Shown here piece by piece: positions 41,526 through 51,793 of a stretch of 64,000 nucleotides of DNA. Position 1 is the first letter of the stretch. Every line of letters starts with the position of its first letter. Source of the DNA: an uncultured Gemmatimonadales bacterium. GTDB taxonomy: Bacteria; Gemmatimonadota; Gemmatimonadetes; Longimicrobiales; RSA9. The stretch spans positions 4,448,001 through 4,512,000 of the forward strand of contig OY970192.1 of assembly GCA_963708135.1 (NCBI GenBank). Reading direction: 5' to 3'. The notes under the pieces are model-generated. The model made no database searches, had not been told where the DNA came from, and saw nothing but the letters and a program-made list of their open reading frames with translations. Both the position numbers and the translations under genes were made by a program.

Positions 41526-43160
41526 ATGTCATCCACACATGATGTCGTCCTGGTCGTGGCCTGCGTCGCGGCCATGGCGTCCGTGCGGGGAACCGCCAGT
41601 GCGCAGACCGCCAGGCCCGGCGCGGACTCCACCTCCTACGCCGTCGAGCACGCCACGATCATCGACGGCACGGGCTCGGCGCCGGAACCCGATCGCACGA
41701 TCCTGGTGCGGGAGGGACGCATTGTCGCCGTCTTCCCCACAGGCTCGCGTACGCTGCTGCAGGGCACGCGCACCGAGAACCTCACCGGGCCCTGGGTCAT
41801 CCCCGGCCTCATCGACGCGCACGTGCACCTCACGGGCGGTCCGTCGGACATGGAGCATTTTCGCAAGCTGCTCGGCTGGGCGCTGCGCGGCGGCGTGACC
41901 ACCGTACGTGACATGGCAGGCGACGATCGGGTGCTCGCGTACCTGGCGCGGGAAGCGTCGCTTGGCGAGATCGCCTCTCCGGACATCTACTACGCGGCCC
42001 TGATGGCCGGCCCGACCTTCTTCGCCGAGGACCCGCGCGTGGCCGGCGCCGCCGCCGGGCAGGTGCCGGGGCGCACGCCCTACATGCGCGAGATCACGGG
42101 CGCGACGGACATCCGGCTGGCCGTGGCCGCGGCCCGCGGAACCGGCGCCACGGCGCTCAAGCTCTACGCCAATCTGCCTGCCGACCTGGTCCGCGAGCTC
42201 ACCACCGAGGCGCACCGGCAGGGGATGATGGTGTGGACCCACGCGACCATCTTCCCGGCCGGGCCGATGGATGCCGTTCGGGCCGGCGCCGACGCGATCT
42301 CGCACAGTGCGTACATGGCCTGGGCGGCCGCCGACCGCATCCCGCAGGACTACGGCATCCGCGCCCGCGCGGACTACGCCCACACCGCCTTCGACGACCC
42401 GAGGATCCTGGCCGTCTTCGACAGCATGAAGGCGCGGGGAACGATCCTGGACGCCACCCAGTTCGAGGGCGGCAACACCTGGGGCGACCCCACCTACATG
42501 CAGATGCGCGACGAGGCCGAGGAGGCTATGTTCGACTACGGCGCGTCCGGCCCGGCGCTGCCCGGCGCCAACTTCGGCGCGGTGCAGCAGCGCGTGAAGA
42601 CTTTGGGTGAGCGCACCAGTACGGATTTCGAAGGCACGATCCGTCCCAAGTACGCCGCGCTCAACTACGCCGCCCTCACCTACGGCTCCGCCGCGCAGTG
42701 GGGCAAGTCTTACGTGATCCTGAAGGAGTACGTGAAGCAGGGCGCGACGTACGTGCACACGGATTCCTTCGATTGTGCCGGCTCCGCCCGGCAGCGCGCC
42801 ACGCTGCGCGGCCAGGTCGCGAACTATTTCAACATGCAGCGCCTCATCGTGAACATGCCGCTGTCCATGCTCACCGCGCTGGACCAGGCCTCGCGGGGGC
42901 ACGGCTTCGGCCCGGCCACGCAGCCGCCGGGCGTTGGCACCACCGCCTACATCGAGGCGCACTGCCATTCGGACCTGCGCTTCGACCGCGATCTGGCCGC
43001 ACTCGTGATCAACCGGGACGAGGTGGACGATTGCGAGGCCCAGACCCGAAAGCTGCACGGCGGCGACGCCAAGCGCTGGAAGGTCGTCAAGCCCAAGGGG
43101 CTGAAAAAGCGGTTCGAGAAGTTCGCGGACACATACGGGATCGAGATCCGCTACACCTGA
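41526..43160 (+). CDS. In-frame chimera: truncated amidohydrolase plus DUF3626-like domain
   Basis: PGLIDAHVH, GVTTVRD, LKLY, THA and SHS up to GTILDAT (~42458); then RPKYAALNY...WGKSYVILK...TDSF...YIEAHCH. Confidence 0.72.
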   Translation: MSSTHDVVLVVACVAAMASVRGTASAQTARPGADSTSYAVEHATIIDGTGSAPEPDRTILVREGRIVAVFPTGSRTLLQGTRTENLTGPWVIPGLIDAHVHLTGGPSDMEHFRKLLGWALRGGVTTVRDMAGDDRVLAYLAREASLGEIASPDIYYAALMAGPTFFAEDPRVAGAAAGQVPGRTPYMREITGATDIRLAVAAARGTGATALKLYANLPADLVRELTTEAHRQGMMVWTHATIFPAGPMDAVRAGADAISHSAYMAWAAADRIPQDYGIRARADYAHTAFDDPRILAVFDSMKARGTILDATQFEGGNTWGDPTYMQMRDEAEEAMFDYGASGPALPGANFGAVQQRVKTLGERTSTDFEGTIRPKYAALNYAALTYGSAAQWGKSYVILKEYVKQGATYVHTDSFDCAGSARQRATLRGQVANYFNMQRLIVNMPLSMLTALDQASRGHGFGPATQPPGVGTTAYIEAHCHSDLRFDRDLAALVINRDEVDDCEAQTRKLHGGDAKRWKVVKPKGLKKRFEKFADTYGIEIRYT

Positions 43161-43172
43161 GGAGGTCCGCCC

Positions 43173-44546
43173 ATGACGCCCGGCTCGCTCTCCTCCGCCG
43201 GCCCGGACGTGCGCGACGCTGCGCTGGCTCGCGCCACACTCCGCCACGTGGGCTGGCGCCTCCTGCCGTTCGTCTTCGCGCTCTACCTCGTCAATTTTCT
43301 CGATCGCACCAACGTCGCCATCGCCGCGCTCCAGATGAACCATGACCTGGGGTTCAGCGCGACCGCATACGGCTTCGGAGTGGGCATCTTCTTCATCGGC
43401 TACACGCTCTTCCAGGTGCCGGCCAACCTGGTGCTGGCCCGGATCGGCGCGCGCCGCTGGATCGCCGCGATCATGGTCGCATGGGGTGTCGTCGCCTCGG
43501 CCATGATGCTGGTGCGCACACCGGCGCAGTTCTACACAATGCGTTTCGTCCTGGGTGCCGCGGAGGCCGGCTTCTTCCCCGGCATCGTCTTCTATCTCGG
43601 CCAGTGGTTCCCGAGGCCGCAACGCGGCCGGGCGATGTCGGCATTCATGCTCGGGATCCCGGTCTCCGGGGTCGTGGGCGGGCCGCTCAGCGGCGCGCTG
43701 CTGGGGCTCGACGGGCACCTGGGCATGCACGGCTGGGAGTGGCTCTTCCTGCTGGAGGGGGTCCCAGCAGTCTTTCTCGGTCTCGCCGCAATGTTCCGGC
43801 TGACCGACCGGCCCGATCAGGCGCGCTGGCTCGCCGACGAGGAGCGCGCATGGCTAATCGCGACCCTCCGGCGCGAGCACGACGCGCACCCTGCAGAGGC
43901 CGACGTCTCGCCAGTCCGCGCTCTGCTCAACCCCCTCGTCTGGCTGCTTGCGCTGCCCTATTTCCTGATCGTCACGACGGCGTATGCCTACACGTTCTGG
44001 ACACCGACCTTCATCCGCGACACGCTGCACGCGACCGATCTGACCACCGGCCTCGTGGTCGGCGGCCTCATGGGAATCGCCGCCGTGGCAATGGTCGCCA
44101 TGGCGGCGGCCTCGGATCGCAGCGGTGAGCGGGCGCTGTTCGTCGCCGCGAACGCCGGCCTGTGCACCGTCGGCTTCGTCGGTGCCGCGCTCCTCGCGAG
44201 TCCCCTCGCCCGCGTCGGCGCCCTCGCATTCGTTGCCGTCGGCGGGACCGCCTTCCTGGCGCCCTTCTGGTGCATGCCGAGCCGGTTCCTGCGCGGCGGT
44301 GCCGCCGCCGCGGGCATCGCGGTGATCAACTCCGTGGGCAACATCGGGGGCTTCGCCGGCCCGTACCTCGTCGGCTTCCTCCAGGACGCGACCGGTAGCA
44401 CGCCCGAGGCCTTCCTCGCGGTCGCCGCCATCGCGTTCGTCGCGGCGTTGATGCTCGTCCCGTTGAGCCGTCACGCCGCCGTACGCCGTGCTCCGAGCGG
44501 GCAGGCAGGTTCTGCCCTTTCGCTATCAGGACGGGCCGAGGGGTGA
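43173..44546 (+). CDS. MFS transporter (ACS family)
   Basis: RLLPF...FLDRTNV, GAAEAGFFPG, WLFLLEG and INSVGNIGGF. Confidence 0.92.
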   Translation: MTPGSLSSAGPDVRDAALARATLRHVGWRLLPFVFALYLVNFLDRTNVAIAALQMNHDLGFSATAYGFGVGIFFIGYTLFQVPANLVLARIGARRWIAAIMVAWGVVASAMMLVRTPAQFYTMRFVLGAAEAGFFPGIVFYLGQWFPRPQRGRAMSAFMLGIPVSGVVGGPLSGALLGLDGHLGMHGWEWLFLLEGVPAVFLGLAAMFRLTDRPDQARWLADEERAWLIATLRREHDAHPAEADVSPVRALLNPLVWLLALPYFLIVTTAYAYTFWTPTFIRDTLHATDLTTGLVVGGLMGIAAVAMVAMAAASDRSGERALFVAANAGLCTVGFVGAALLASPLARVGALAFVAVGGTAFLAPFWCMPSRFLRGGAAAAGIAVINSVGNIGGFAGPYLVGFLQDATGSTPEAFLAVAAIAFVAALMLVPLSRHAAVRRAPSGQAGSALSLSGRAEG

Positions 44547-44581
44547 TGGCCCGCTCTGCGACGCCTCAACCAGAGCAGCCG

Positions 44582-46360
44582 TCAGTACCCGACCGACTTG
44601 CCCCCGCCCCGCGGGTCGGAGGCTCCATAGAGCGTCCCATCGGCGCCCAGGAAGATGGACTCGACGTCGCCCCACGTGGCGCGGGGCCGCGAGACGAGCT
44701 TGTGGCCCCGCCGCTCGAGGTCGGCAATCACGGCGGAGTCCAGCCCATCGTGCTCGAACGAGATGAAGTCGGGGAGGTTCTGGTGGTGGAAGCGGGGCGC
44801 ATTCACGGCCGCCTGCGGTGGCACGCCGAAGTCGATCTGGTCGGTGATCACCTGGAGCACCGAGGTGATGATGGTGGAGCCTCCGGGCGTGCCGGTCACG
44901 AGCTCGAGGCGCCCGTTTCCGTCCAGCACAATGGTCGGCGTCATGGACGAGAGCATGCGTTTGCCGGGAGCGATCGCGTTCGCCTCGCCCTGCACCAGGC
45001 CGTACGCGTTGGGCGTCCCGGGCTGGGCCGCGAAGTCATCCATCTCGTCGTTGAGAAGGAAGCCGGCGCCCGGCACGGTGACCGCCGAGCCGAAACCGCC
45101 GTTGAGCGTGGTGGTGATGGCGACGGCGTCGCCTGCCGAGTTGACGACCGAGAAGTGGGTGGTCTGGCTGGACTCGACGACAACCTTGTTGAACTGGCTC
45201 GAGGGTGAGGCGCGCTCCATGTCGATGGATGCCCGCAGCGAGTCGGCATGCGGCTTCGAGATGAGCCTCTGGATCGGCATCTTCACGAAGTCGGGGTCGC
45301 CCAGGTAGTAGTTCCGGTCGCCGTACGCCCGGCGCATGGCCTCGACCATGACGTGGATCGCATCGGCCGAGTGCCAGCCCATCTTCGCCAGGTCGAAGCC
45401 CTGCAGGATGTTTAGCATCTCGGCCAGCGTCACCCCGCCCGATGAGGGGGGCGGCATCGATATGATGGTGCGGCCCCGGTAGTGAGCGACGATGGGCTCG
45501 CGCCACACGGCCCTGTACTGGTCGAGGTCCGCCTGCGTGATGATGCCTCCATCCCGCCGCTGCTCGGCGACCAGCGAGTCGGCGACCCACCCCTGGTAGA
45601 AGGCCGGTGCGCCGTGGTCCGCGATGACCTGCAACGTGCGCGCCAGGTCGGGCTGCCGGAATGTCGAGCCTACTGCAGGCGGCTGAGCGTCGGGCAGATA
45701 CGCGGCCGCGCTGGCCGCGAAGAGCTCGAGGCGCTGCTGCGCGTGTTGGATGGCGTCATGAAACGGTTGGCGCACGACGATGCCATCCCGGGCCATACGG
45801 ATGGCCGGATCCAGCACCCGCGCCCAGGGCAGCGATCCGTAGCGCTTGTGAAGCGCCTCCATTCCTGCCACGGAGCCCGGCACGCCGGCTGCCAGGGGAC
45901 CCGTCCAGGTCCTGTCCGTGACGTGCCCGGCGGAGTCCAGATACATGTCGTGCGTTGCGGCCAGCGGTGCCCTCTCCCGGAAGTCCAGCGCGCCCTCCGC
46001 GCCGTTGGCCAACCGTACGATGGCGAACCCGCCGCCGCCAATGTTCCCGGCGGCCGGGTGCACGACCTCGAGCGCGAACTGGACGGCGACGGCCGCGTCC
46101 ACGGCATTGCCACCCGCCTTCAGGATCTCGACGCCCGCAGCGCTGGCGAGGCTGTCGGACGAAGCCACCATGCCGTGTTGCGCCTTGACTGCCGGGGCGT
46201 CGGCCGGGTAAGGCCAGCCGGCAGGGAAGGAATATGCGGCTGGACCGGCCCAGGCGGTCCGCCCGGATCCGGTGACGCCCCGGCAGCCCACTGCCAGGCA
46301 GAGCCCCAGGATCAGAGACACCGTCCGCCGCGCGGGATCGACTCGCACCCGTGATTCCAT
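44582..46360 (-). CDS. ggt: Gamma-glutamyltransferase
   Basis: GGNAVDAA, DFRERAP, Q-TTHFS autocleavage site, LNDEMDDF, KRMLSSM and GTPGG. Confidence 0.95.
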   Translation of the reverse strand: MESRVRVDPARRTVSLILGLCLAVGCRGVTGSGRTAWAGPAAYSFPAGWPYPADAPAVKAQHGMVASSDSLASAAGVEILKAGGNAVDAAVAVQFALEVVHPAAGNIGGGGFAIVRLANGAEGALDFRERAPLAATHDMYLDSAGHVTDRTWTGPLAAGVPGSVAGMEALHKRYGSLPWARVLDPAIRMARDGIVVRQPFHDAIQHAQQRLELFAASAAAYLPDAQPPAVGSTFRQPDLARTLQVIADHGAPAFYQGWVADSLVAEQRRDGGIITQADLDQYRAVWREPIVAHYRGRTIISMPPPSSGGVTLAEMLNILQGFDLAKMGWHSADAIHVMVEAMRRAYGDRNYYLGDPDFVKMPIQRLISKPHADSLRASIDMERASPSSQFNKVVVESSQTTHFSVVNSAGDAVAITTTLNGGFGSAVTVPGAGFLLNDEMDDFAAQPGTPNAYGLVQGEANAIAPGKRMLSSMTPTIVLDGNGRLELVTGTPGGSTIITSVLQVITDQIDFGVPPQAAVNAPRFHHQNLPDFISFEHDGLDSAVIADLERRGHKLVSRPRATWGDVESIFLGADGTLYGASDPRGGGKSVGY

Positions 46361-46373
46361 TGGCTCCTCGCTC

Positions 46374-47771
46374 CTACGCCGCCGCGTGATCGAGTTCCGC
46401 CCCCGTCCCCAGCACGCGCTCCGCGGCCAGCGCTGCGGCCAGGACCACCTCATCCGCTCCCGCGGCGCCCACGAGCTGAAGCCCGACGGGCATGCCCGCC
46501 CGGTCGAGGCCGACCGGGAGGGTCACCGCGCAGAGCCCCAGCACGCTCACGCCACACGTCGGGCGCAGCGCCGCCGCGTTCGTCGCACGGTAGCGCTCCA
46601 TGTCCTCCATTTCGGCGACCGGCGGGGGTGTGATGATCGCGGTGGGAAGCGCGAGCACGTCCACGTCGCGGAAGAGCGCCTCGGCCGCGCCGGCCAGCTC
46701 GTCGCGCCGGGCGAGCGCCGCCCGGTAGCCGGCGCCGCGATGGATGGCCGCGGCGGCGATCCGGCCGCCGACGATCGGATGCAGCCGCTCGATCCTCCCG
46801 GGAAGCTCGGCCTCCAGGAAGTCCAGGCACTCCACCCCGCCGATCGCGCCGGTCATGTAGAGGTCGACCGCCTGATCGAAGAGCGCGCCGTCCTGCTCCG
46901 AGCGGCGCCAGCCGGCGCGGGCGAGCTCCGCGAGCGCGTCCTCCAAAACGCTGGCGATGTCGGTCTGGCAGTCGCTCCAGATGCCGCAGCGCGGGAGCGC
47001 GATACGCAGCCCAACAGCTTCGCGCGCCGCGAGCTGCCGTAGCAGCGCTTCCGGATCCCCCCAGGAGGGATCGACCGCGCCGAAGAACCAGGCGCTGTCC
47101 TCGACCGTGCGCGTGAGCGCCCCGACCGTATCCAGCGTCCGGCTGAGCGGCACCACGCCGTCGGTGGGGAGCCGCCCCTCGGTGGTCTTGTGTCCGACGA
47201 CACCGGTCATCGAAGCCGGGATGCGGATGGACCCGCCCGTGTCGGTGCCGAGCGCGACCATCGCGGAGCCCTCGTGCAGGCTCACCCCCGCGCCCGCCGA
47301 GGATCCGCCGGGGATGCGCTGCACCCGACGATCCCACGGGTTGCGCGGGGTCTCCCAGTTGGGGTTCACGCCGACCGCGCCGTAGGCCAGCTCCACCGTG
47401 TGGGTCTTGCCCACGATCACGGCGCCCTGCGCGCGCAGGCGTGCCACCAGCCAGGCGTCCCGCGACCACGCCTCCGGGAGCGCACGCACTGTACCCGCGA
47501 ACGTGGGCAGGCCCTCGACACCGTAGAGATCCTTCACCGAGACGGGTATGCCGCAGAGCGGCGAGCCAGGAGCCCCGCCCGCGAGCATGGCATCGGCGCG
47601 GGCGGCCAGGCGACGGGCGCCCTCCGCGTCGAAGAGCTTGTAGGCATGGTGGGCGGCATCGCCTCGCTCGTGACGGGCGATCGCTTCCTCGACGAGGTCC
47701 GCCGCGCGGATCTCGCGTCGGCGGAGGGCAGCCGCGACCCGAGGGAGCCCATCGTCGATCCCCGCGCTCAT
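46374..47771 (-). CDS. Amidase signature family enzyme
   Basis: PVSVKD, GGSSAG and GTDTGGSIRIPAS. Confidence 0.92.
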   Translation of the reverse strand: MSAGIDDGLPRVAAALRRREIRAADLVEEAIARHERGDAAHHAYKLFDAEGARRLAARADAMLAGGAPGSPLCGIPVSVKDLYGVEGLPTFAGTVRALPEAWSRDAWLVARLRAQGAVIVGKTHTVELAYGAVGVNPNWETPRNPWDRRVQRIPGGSSAGAGVSLHEGSAMVALGTDTGGSIRIPASMTGVVGHKTTEGRLPTDGVVPLSRTLDTVGALTRTVEDSAWFFGAVDPSWGDPEALLRQLAAREAVGLRIALPRCGIWSDCQTDIASVLEDALAELARAGWRRSEQDGALFDQAVDLYMTGAIGGVECLDFLEAELPGRIERLHPIVGGRIAAAAIHRGAGYRAALARRDELAGAAEALFRDVDVLALPTAIITPPPVAEMEDMERYRATNAAALRPTCGVSVLGLCAVTLPVGLDRAGMPVGLQLVGAAGADEVVLAAALAAERVLGTGAELDHAAA

Positions 47772-47819
47772 CGGCCCGCACATGGAGCAAAAGTGCGCCA
47801 CTTCGCCCCCTCGGCGGGC
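47771..47819 (-). repeat. Diverged direct-repeat copy of thiC 52465-52514
   Basis: 44/50 identity by manual alignment; all five substitutions fall in synonymous codons; one 1-nt deletion. Confidence 0.85.
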
Positions 47820-47880
47820 GCCGCGTCCGACGATCCGGCGGCGAAGCCCGGCCGCGGTGCGGCGCTGGAAGAGCCCGTAG

Positions 47881-50613
47881 TCATCGCGTCACTGCAGTTT
47901 GGGCCGCAGTGCGCGCCTTCAGCTCCAGCTTCCAGTCGTACACCATGATGACCTGCGCGTCCGTCTCCGCGGCGGTGAGGAACACGAACGACTTGCCGTC
48001 CGGCATCACGTCGTAGTTGGCGTGGTAGAAGGTGAACTGGCCTTCGCCGGCGAGCATCTCGGAGACGTTTTCCATCAGCGTGTCCCGCCTGACGATGGTG
48101 AACGGATCGAAGGCCAGCGTCGCGGCGAGCAGGCGGCCGCCGCTGTTGTAGAAGAGGCGGTGGCCGTCCGGAGACCAGACCGGCTGCGAGCCGCCGCTGA
48201 GCGAGACCTGATAGCGGGTGTCGAGCGCCGGAAACGGCTTGACGTAGACGTCCCAGTTCCCCGCCTCGCTGGAGCCGTAGGCAACCCAGTGCCCGTCCGG
48301 CGAGGGGCGGGCCTGGGCCGCCTGTCCGAGACCCGTTCTCGCGATCACGTGGAGCGCCGTGTCCCCGTGCATGCGTCGGTAGGAGATCTTGCCACCGCTG
48401 CCCGCGGAGTCGAGCTGCACGACCAGGTACTCGCCATCCGACGTCAGCACGGCCTCGTCCACCGCCCGGGGCGGAGCCGCGTACAGCAGCTCCGGCGCGC
48501 CACTTCCGTCGGCGGGCTTGATCCAGATGGCGTTCGTGCCGCTCCGATTCGAGCGGAACAGCACCTGACGGCTGTCCGGGGTCCACTCGGGCCGGTCATT
48601 GAGCACTCCCTCGAACGTCAGCCGTCGCAGCGGACCCGACGGTAGATCGTAGATCCACACGTCCGACCGTTCCGCGACGAGCGCGAAGGCGATGTGCCTG
48701 CCGTCCGGCGACACGCGCGGAAAGGCGTACGGGCCTTCGTCGGGCAGGAGCAACTTCGGCAGGGCGCCGGGCGTGCCGGACATCAGGTGCGTCGCCGTGG
48801 CCGAGCCGCTGACGTACACCACCGAGCCGCTGGGAGACACGCTGCCCATCATGCTGCCCCCGGGCCCCACAGTGACATCGTCGATGACCGGGACCGGCGT
48901 TCCGGTCGTCCGTCGCGACCGCAGGTCGAACGGCACGGCCATGATGACGCCCGACGCGGTGGCGTAGACGAGCTGGCCGTCGAGCACCGCGAGCGGCTGC
49001 GTGCCGGCAACGTCGAGTACCGTCGGGGTCCCCTCCGGCAGCGAGACGACCGCGATGCGGGCGCTGGAAACCATGGTGTTGTACCAGCGCGAGTACAGCA
49101 CGGTCTTCCCGTCAGGAAGCACCAGCGGCCATCGCTCCACGACCTGGGCACCTGTGTCGGACGGCGTGAGCAGGCGCGGAGCGGCGCCGCCCGGCGTGAT
49201 CACTCGCAGACGCGTTCCCCCGAACACGATCCGATCGCCGGTTCCCCAGCTCGCGCCCTCCATGTGCTGAGCATCGGTGAGCACCATGGGCGTGCCGCCA
49301 TCGACCTGGATCTTCTCGATCTGCCCGCCGGAGCTGAACCCGATCCACCGGCCATCGGGCGACCAGAACGGCTGTTCCGCGTTCTCCGTCCCGGGCAGCG
49401 CGCGGGCCGCGAGGTCGCTGAGCGGACGCACGTAGAGCCGCGCCACTCCAGCGGCGTCTCGCCCGCGGAACACGAGACGTGCTCCATCGGGCGAGAGGGC
49501 CGCCGGGCTGCCGAATCCGTTGACCCAGGTCACGTGGTTGTCGAAGCTCAGTCGGAATCGGACCGGCGTCCGCGGCTCGTCCGTGCCGGCGGCCGTGCCT
49601 CGCGGCCATTCGTGCAGCGCGCCCCCGAGGAGGACGACGGCCAGCGCGGCGGCGAGCAAGCGGGTGACGGGCAGACGAAACGCGTCGCGCCACGCGCGGG
49701 CGGTCCACGCACTGGGCGAGGGGTGAGCCGACGACCACGCGCTCGCCGACGACGGCGCCAGCACGCGTCCGGCCAGCACGTCGGCGAACTCGCGCGCCGT
49801 GGCGAAGCGGTCCGCCGGAAGCTTCTCGAGCGCGGTGTGCGCCGCGGCCGCCACGTGCGGCGGCACGCTCCGTCGCCTGGCAATGAGCGACGGCGCCTCG
49901 GCCGTGATGACCTGGGCAACGATGGCCTGCGCGTTGGGCCCGGCGAACGGCGGCTCACCGGCCAGCATCTCGTACGTGACCGCGCCCAGCGCGTAGATGT
50001 CCGCGCGCGCGTCGATGGTGCGCTCGCCCATTGCCTGCTCCGGCGCCATGTACTGCGGCGTGCCCAGCGAGAGCCCCGTCTGCGTCATGCGCTGGCCCCC
50101 CGCCTGCTCGACCGCCAGCGCAATGCCGAAGTCGGCCACCAGCGCGTGCCCGTTCTGCAGCAGGATGTTCTCCGGCTTGATGTCGCGATGCACGACGCCG
50201 CGCTCGTGCGCGTAGTGCAGCGCGTCGGCCACCTCGCTGGCGATGCGGACCGCATCATCGACCGGCAGCTGGCGCTCGCGCTCCAGTCGCGCCCGCAGCG
50301 TCTCCCCTTCCACGCAGGGCATCACGTAGTAGAGCAGCCCGTCCGCGGAGCCCGAGTCGAAGAGCGGCAGGATGTGCGGGTGCTGGAGATTCGCCGTGGT
50401 CTTGATCTCCGCCAGGAAGCGCTCGGGGCCCAGCACCGCGGAGAGCTCGGGGTGCAGCACCTTGATCGCGACCTCGCGCTCGTGCCGGAGGTCATGCGCC
50501 AGCCACACCGTGGCCATGCCGCCCTGCCCCAGCTCGCGCTCGAGGCGGTAGCGCTCGGCCAGGGCGCTGGCGAGCCTGGTCAGATGGGCGTCGCTGAATG
50601 AGGGGGTCGTCAT
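47881..50613 (-). CDS. Membrane Ser/Thr kinase with TolB/PD40-like beta-propeller
   Basis: LGQGGMATV, HRDIKPEN, DFG and YMAPEQ; one TM; repeated WSPDG/SPDG units. Confidence 0.93.
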   Translation of the reverse strand: MTTPSFSDAHLTRLASALAERYRLERELGQGGMATVWLAHDLRHEREVAIKVLHPELSAVLGPERFLAEIKTTANLQHPHILPLFDSGSADGLLYYVMPCVEGETLRARLERERQLPVDDAVRIASEVADALHYAHERGVVHRDIKPENILLQNGHALVADFGIALAVEQAGGQRMTQTGLSLGTPQYMAPEQAMGERTIDARADIYALGAVTYEMLAGEPPFAGPNAQAIVAQVITAEAPSLIARRRSVPPHVAAAAHTALEKLPADRFATAREFADVLAGRVLAPSSASAWSSAHPSPSAWTARAWRDAFRLPVTRLLAAALAVVLLGGALHEWPRGTAAGTDEPRTPVRFRLSFDNHVTWVNGFGSPAALSPDGARLVFRGRDAAGVARLYVRPLSDLAARALPGTENAEQPFWSPDGRWIGFSSGGQIEKIQVDGGTPMVLTDAQHMEGASWGTGDRIVFGGTRLRVITPGGAAPRLLTPSDTGAQVVERWPLVLPDGKTVLYSRWYNTMVSSARIAVVSLPEGTPTVLDVAGTQPLAVLDGQLVYATASGVIMAVPFDLRSRRTTGTPVPVIDDVTVGPGGSMMGSVSPSGSVVYVSGSATATHLMSGTPGALPKLLLPDEGPYAFPRVSPDGRHIAFALVAERSDVWIYDLPSGPLRRLTFEGVLNDRPEWTPDSRQVLFRSNRSGTNAIWIKPADGSGAPELLYAAPPRAVDEAVLTSDGEYLVVQLDSAGSGGKISYRRMHGDTALHVIARTGLGQAAQARPSPDGHWVAYGSSEAGNWDVYVKPFPALDTRYQVSLSGGSQPVWSPDGHRLFYNSGGRLLAATLAFDPFTIVRRDTLMENVSEMLAGEGQFTFYHANYDVMPDGKSFVFLTAAETDAQVIMVYDWKLELKARTAAQTAVTR

Positions 50614-50854
50614 GGGCCTCGCACCAGCGCCGTCCAGCGCTGGTCGGCAGATGGGAAGTGGGGCGGGTTGCGCCTGGCCGCGTGATGCAGCAACGACGCG
50701 GGGCCCCTGACCACCGTGGAATATATGGCTGGCGGGCCGAGCGCGCCTCGGTCGAGCGGACCGGATGCGCGTTCGGGGCGGAGGCCGCTAAGAAGGTCGC
50801 GATTCGCGGCCCCGCAGGATGCGGCGGCGAGATGGCTACCGCGAGTGTTGACGC

Positions 50855-51643
50855 TCAGACCCCGCAGACACGGGTCTCCATGTCGTGCCAGTCACGAGCG
50901 GTCGCCTCGTTCGGGAGCCAGGTCGCCGACAGCCGGTCGCCCGCGTAGGACGCGTACGCCGCGACTTCATACGATGACCGGTCACCGAGCCAGCCCGCGC
51001 TCTCCGCGATCGGCGGCAGCACCGCCTGCTGCCCCGATGCAACGCTGTGCGGCAGCCTGAGCGCGAGCACCGCGTCCCACCAGTCGTAGAGCCGGCCCAC
51101 GTCCTCAACCCTGAGCGGATCGTGCGCCTGGCAGCGGTCGATCGCCAGCGCCCACACGGCTCCCTGTGCGCGGTTCTGCTCGAATGCGTTCGTGAGATTG
51201 GTCCGCCTGCTCTCCGTGTCCAGCTCGCCGATGAAGGCGTAGGCCGGCACCGAGCGGGCACCGCCCGCGTCCACAGGGCTCTCGCAGCCGCCCTTCAGCA
51301 GCACCATGGCGGCAACACGGTCGCTGTGCAGGCGCGTGAGCCCGTATGCCACGCAGTTGCCGTTCGAGAACCCCTCGAGCAGCAGCGGAGCCGTGGCCAG
51401 CTCCGCCCGACCGCTCTGCGTGGCGAGCTGCGGCAGCGCCGCGAGGATCCTGTCGTACGTCCGCACGTCCTCCGGCTGCGGAGCGTTGCCCAGCTCCGCC
51501 GCGCCGAGCAGCGCCAGCCCGTACTTCTGCGCCAGCGCGAGCGCCCTCGGCCGGTCCGCCCGGATGATCGTGTTGACGAAGGCATTCCCGGTAGTGGTGT
51601 CGCCCCGCACGATCGGGCGTGTGTCCCCCTGGGCGCCGGGCAG
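50855..51643 (-). pseudogene. 5'-truncated alpha/beta hydrolase
   Basis: GFSNG nucleophile elbow, GELD and H-D; frame continues upstream to LPGAQGDTRP, then hits an opposite-strand fragment with no start or RBS. Confidence 0.65.
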
Positions 51644-51775
51644 CTCGAGCAGGCCCTGCGGGATCCGGTTGCCGGCAGCGATGCCTCGCTGGCCCTCCTG
51701 CGCGTGGATCCGACCTGGGACCCGCTGCGAGCCGATCCCCGCTTCGCGTCGCTGCTTCGCCGATACGCTGAATGA
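51641..51775 (+). pseudogene. 3' tail of a kinase/TPR-type gene
   Basis: QLEQALRD...LLRVDPTWDPLRADPRFASLLRR*, a typical terminus of TPR-kinase/cyclase proteins; no start. Confidence 0.72.
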
Positions 51776-51793
51776 CCTCGAGGCGCATGGGCG

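Noticed and set aside
46374..47801. Amidase with an N-terminal CSMC motif (ORF-track start [10 protein letters not shown])
   Set aside because: The extension is the displaced thiC fragment; the likely start is ATG 47771
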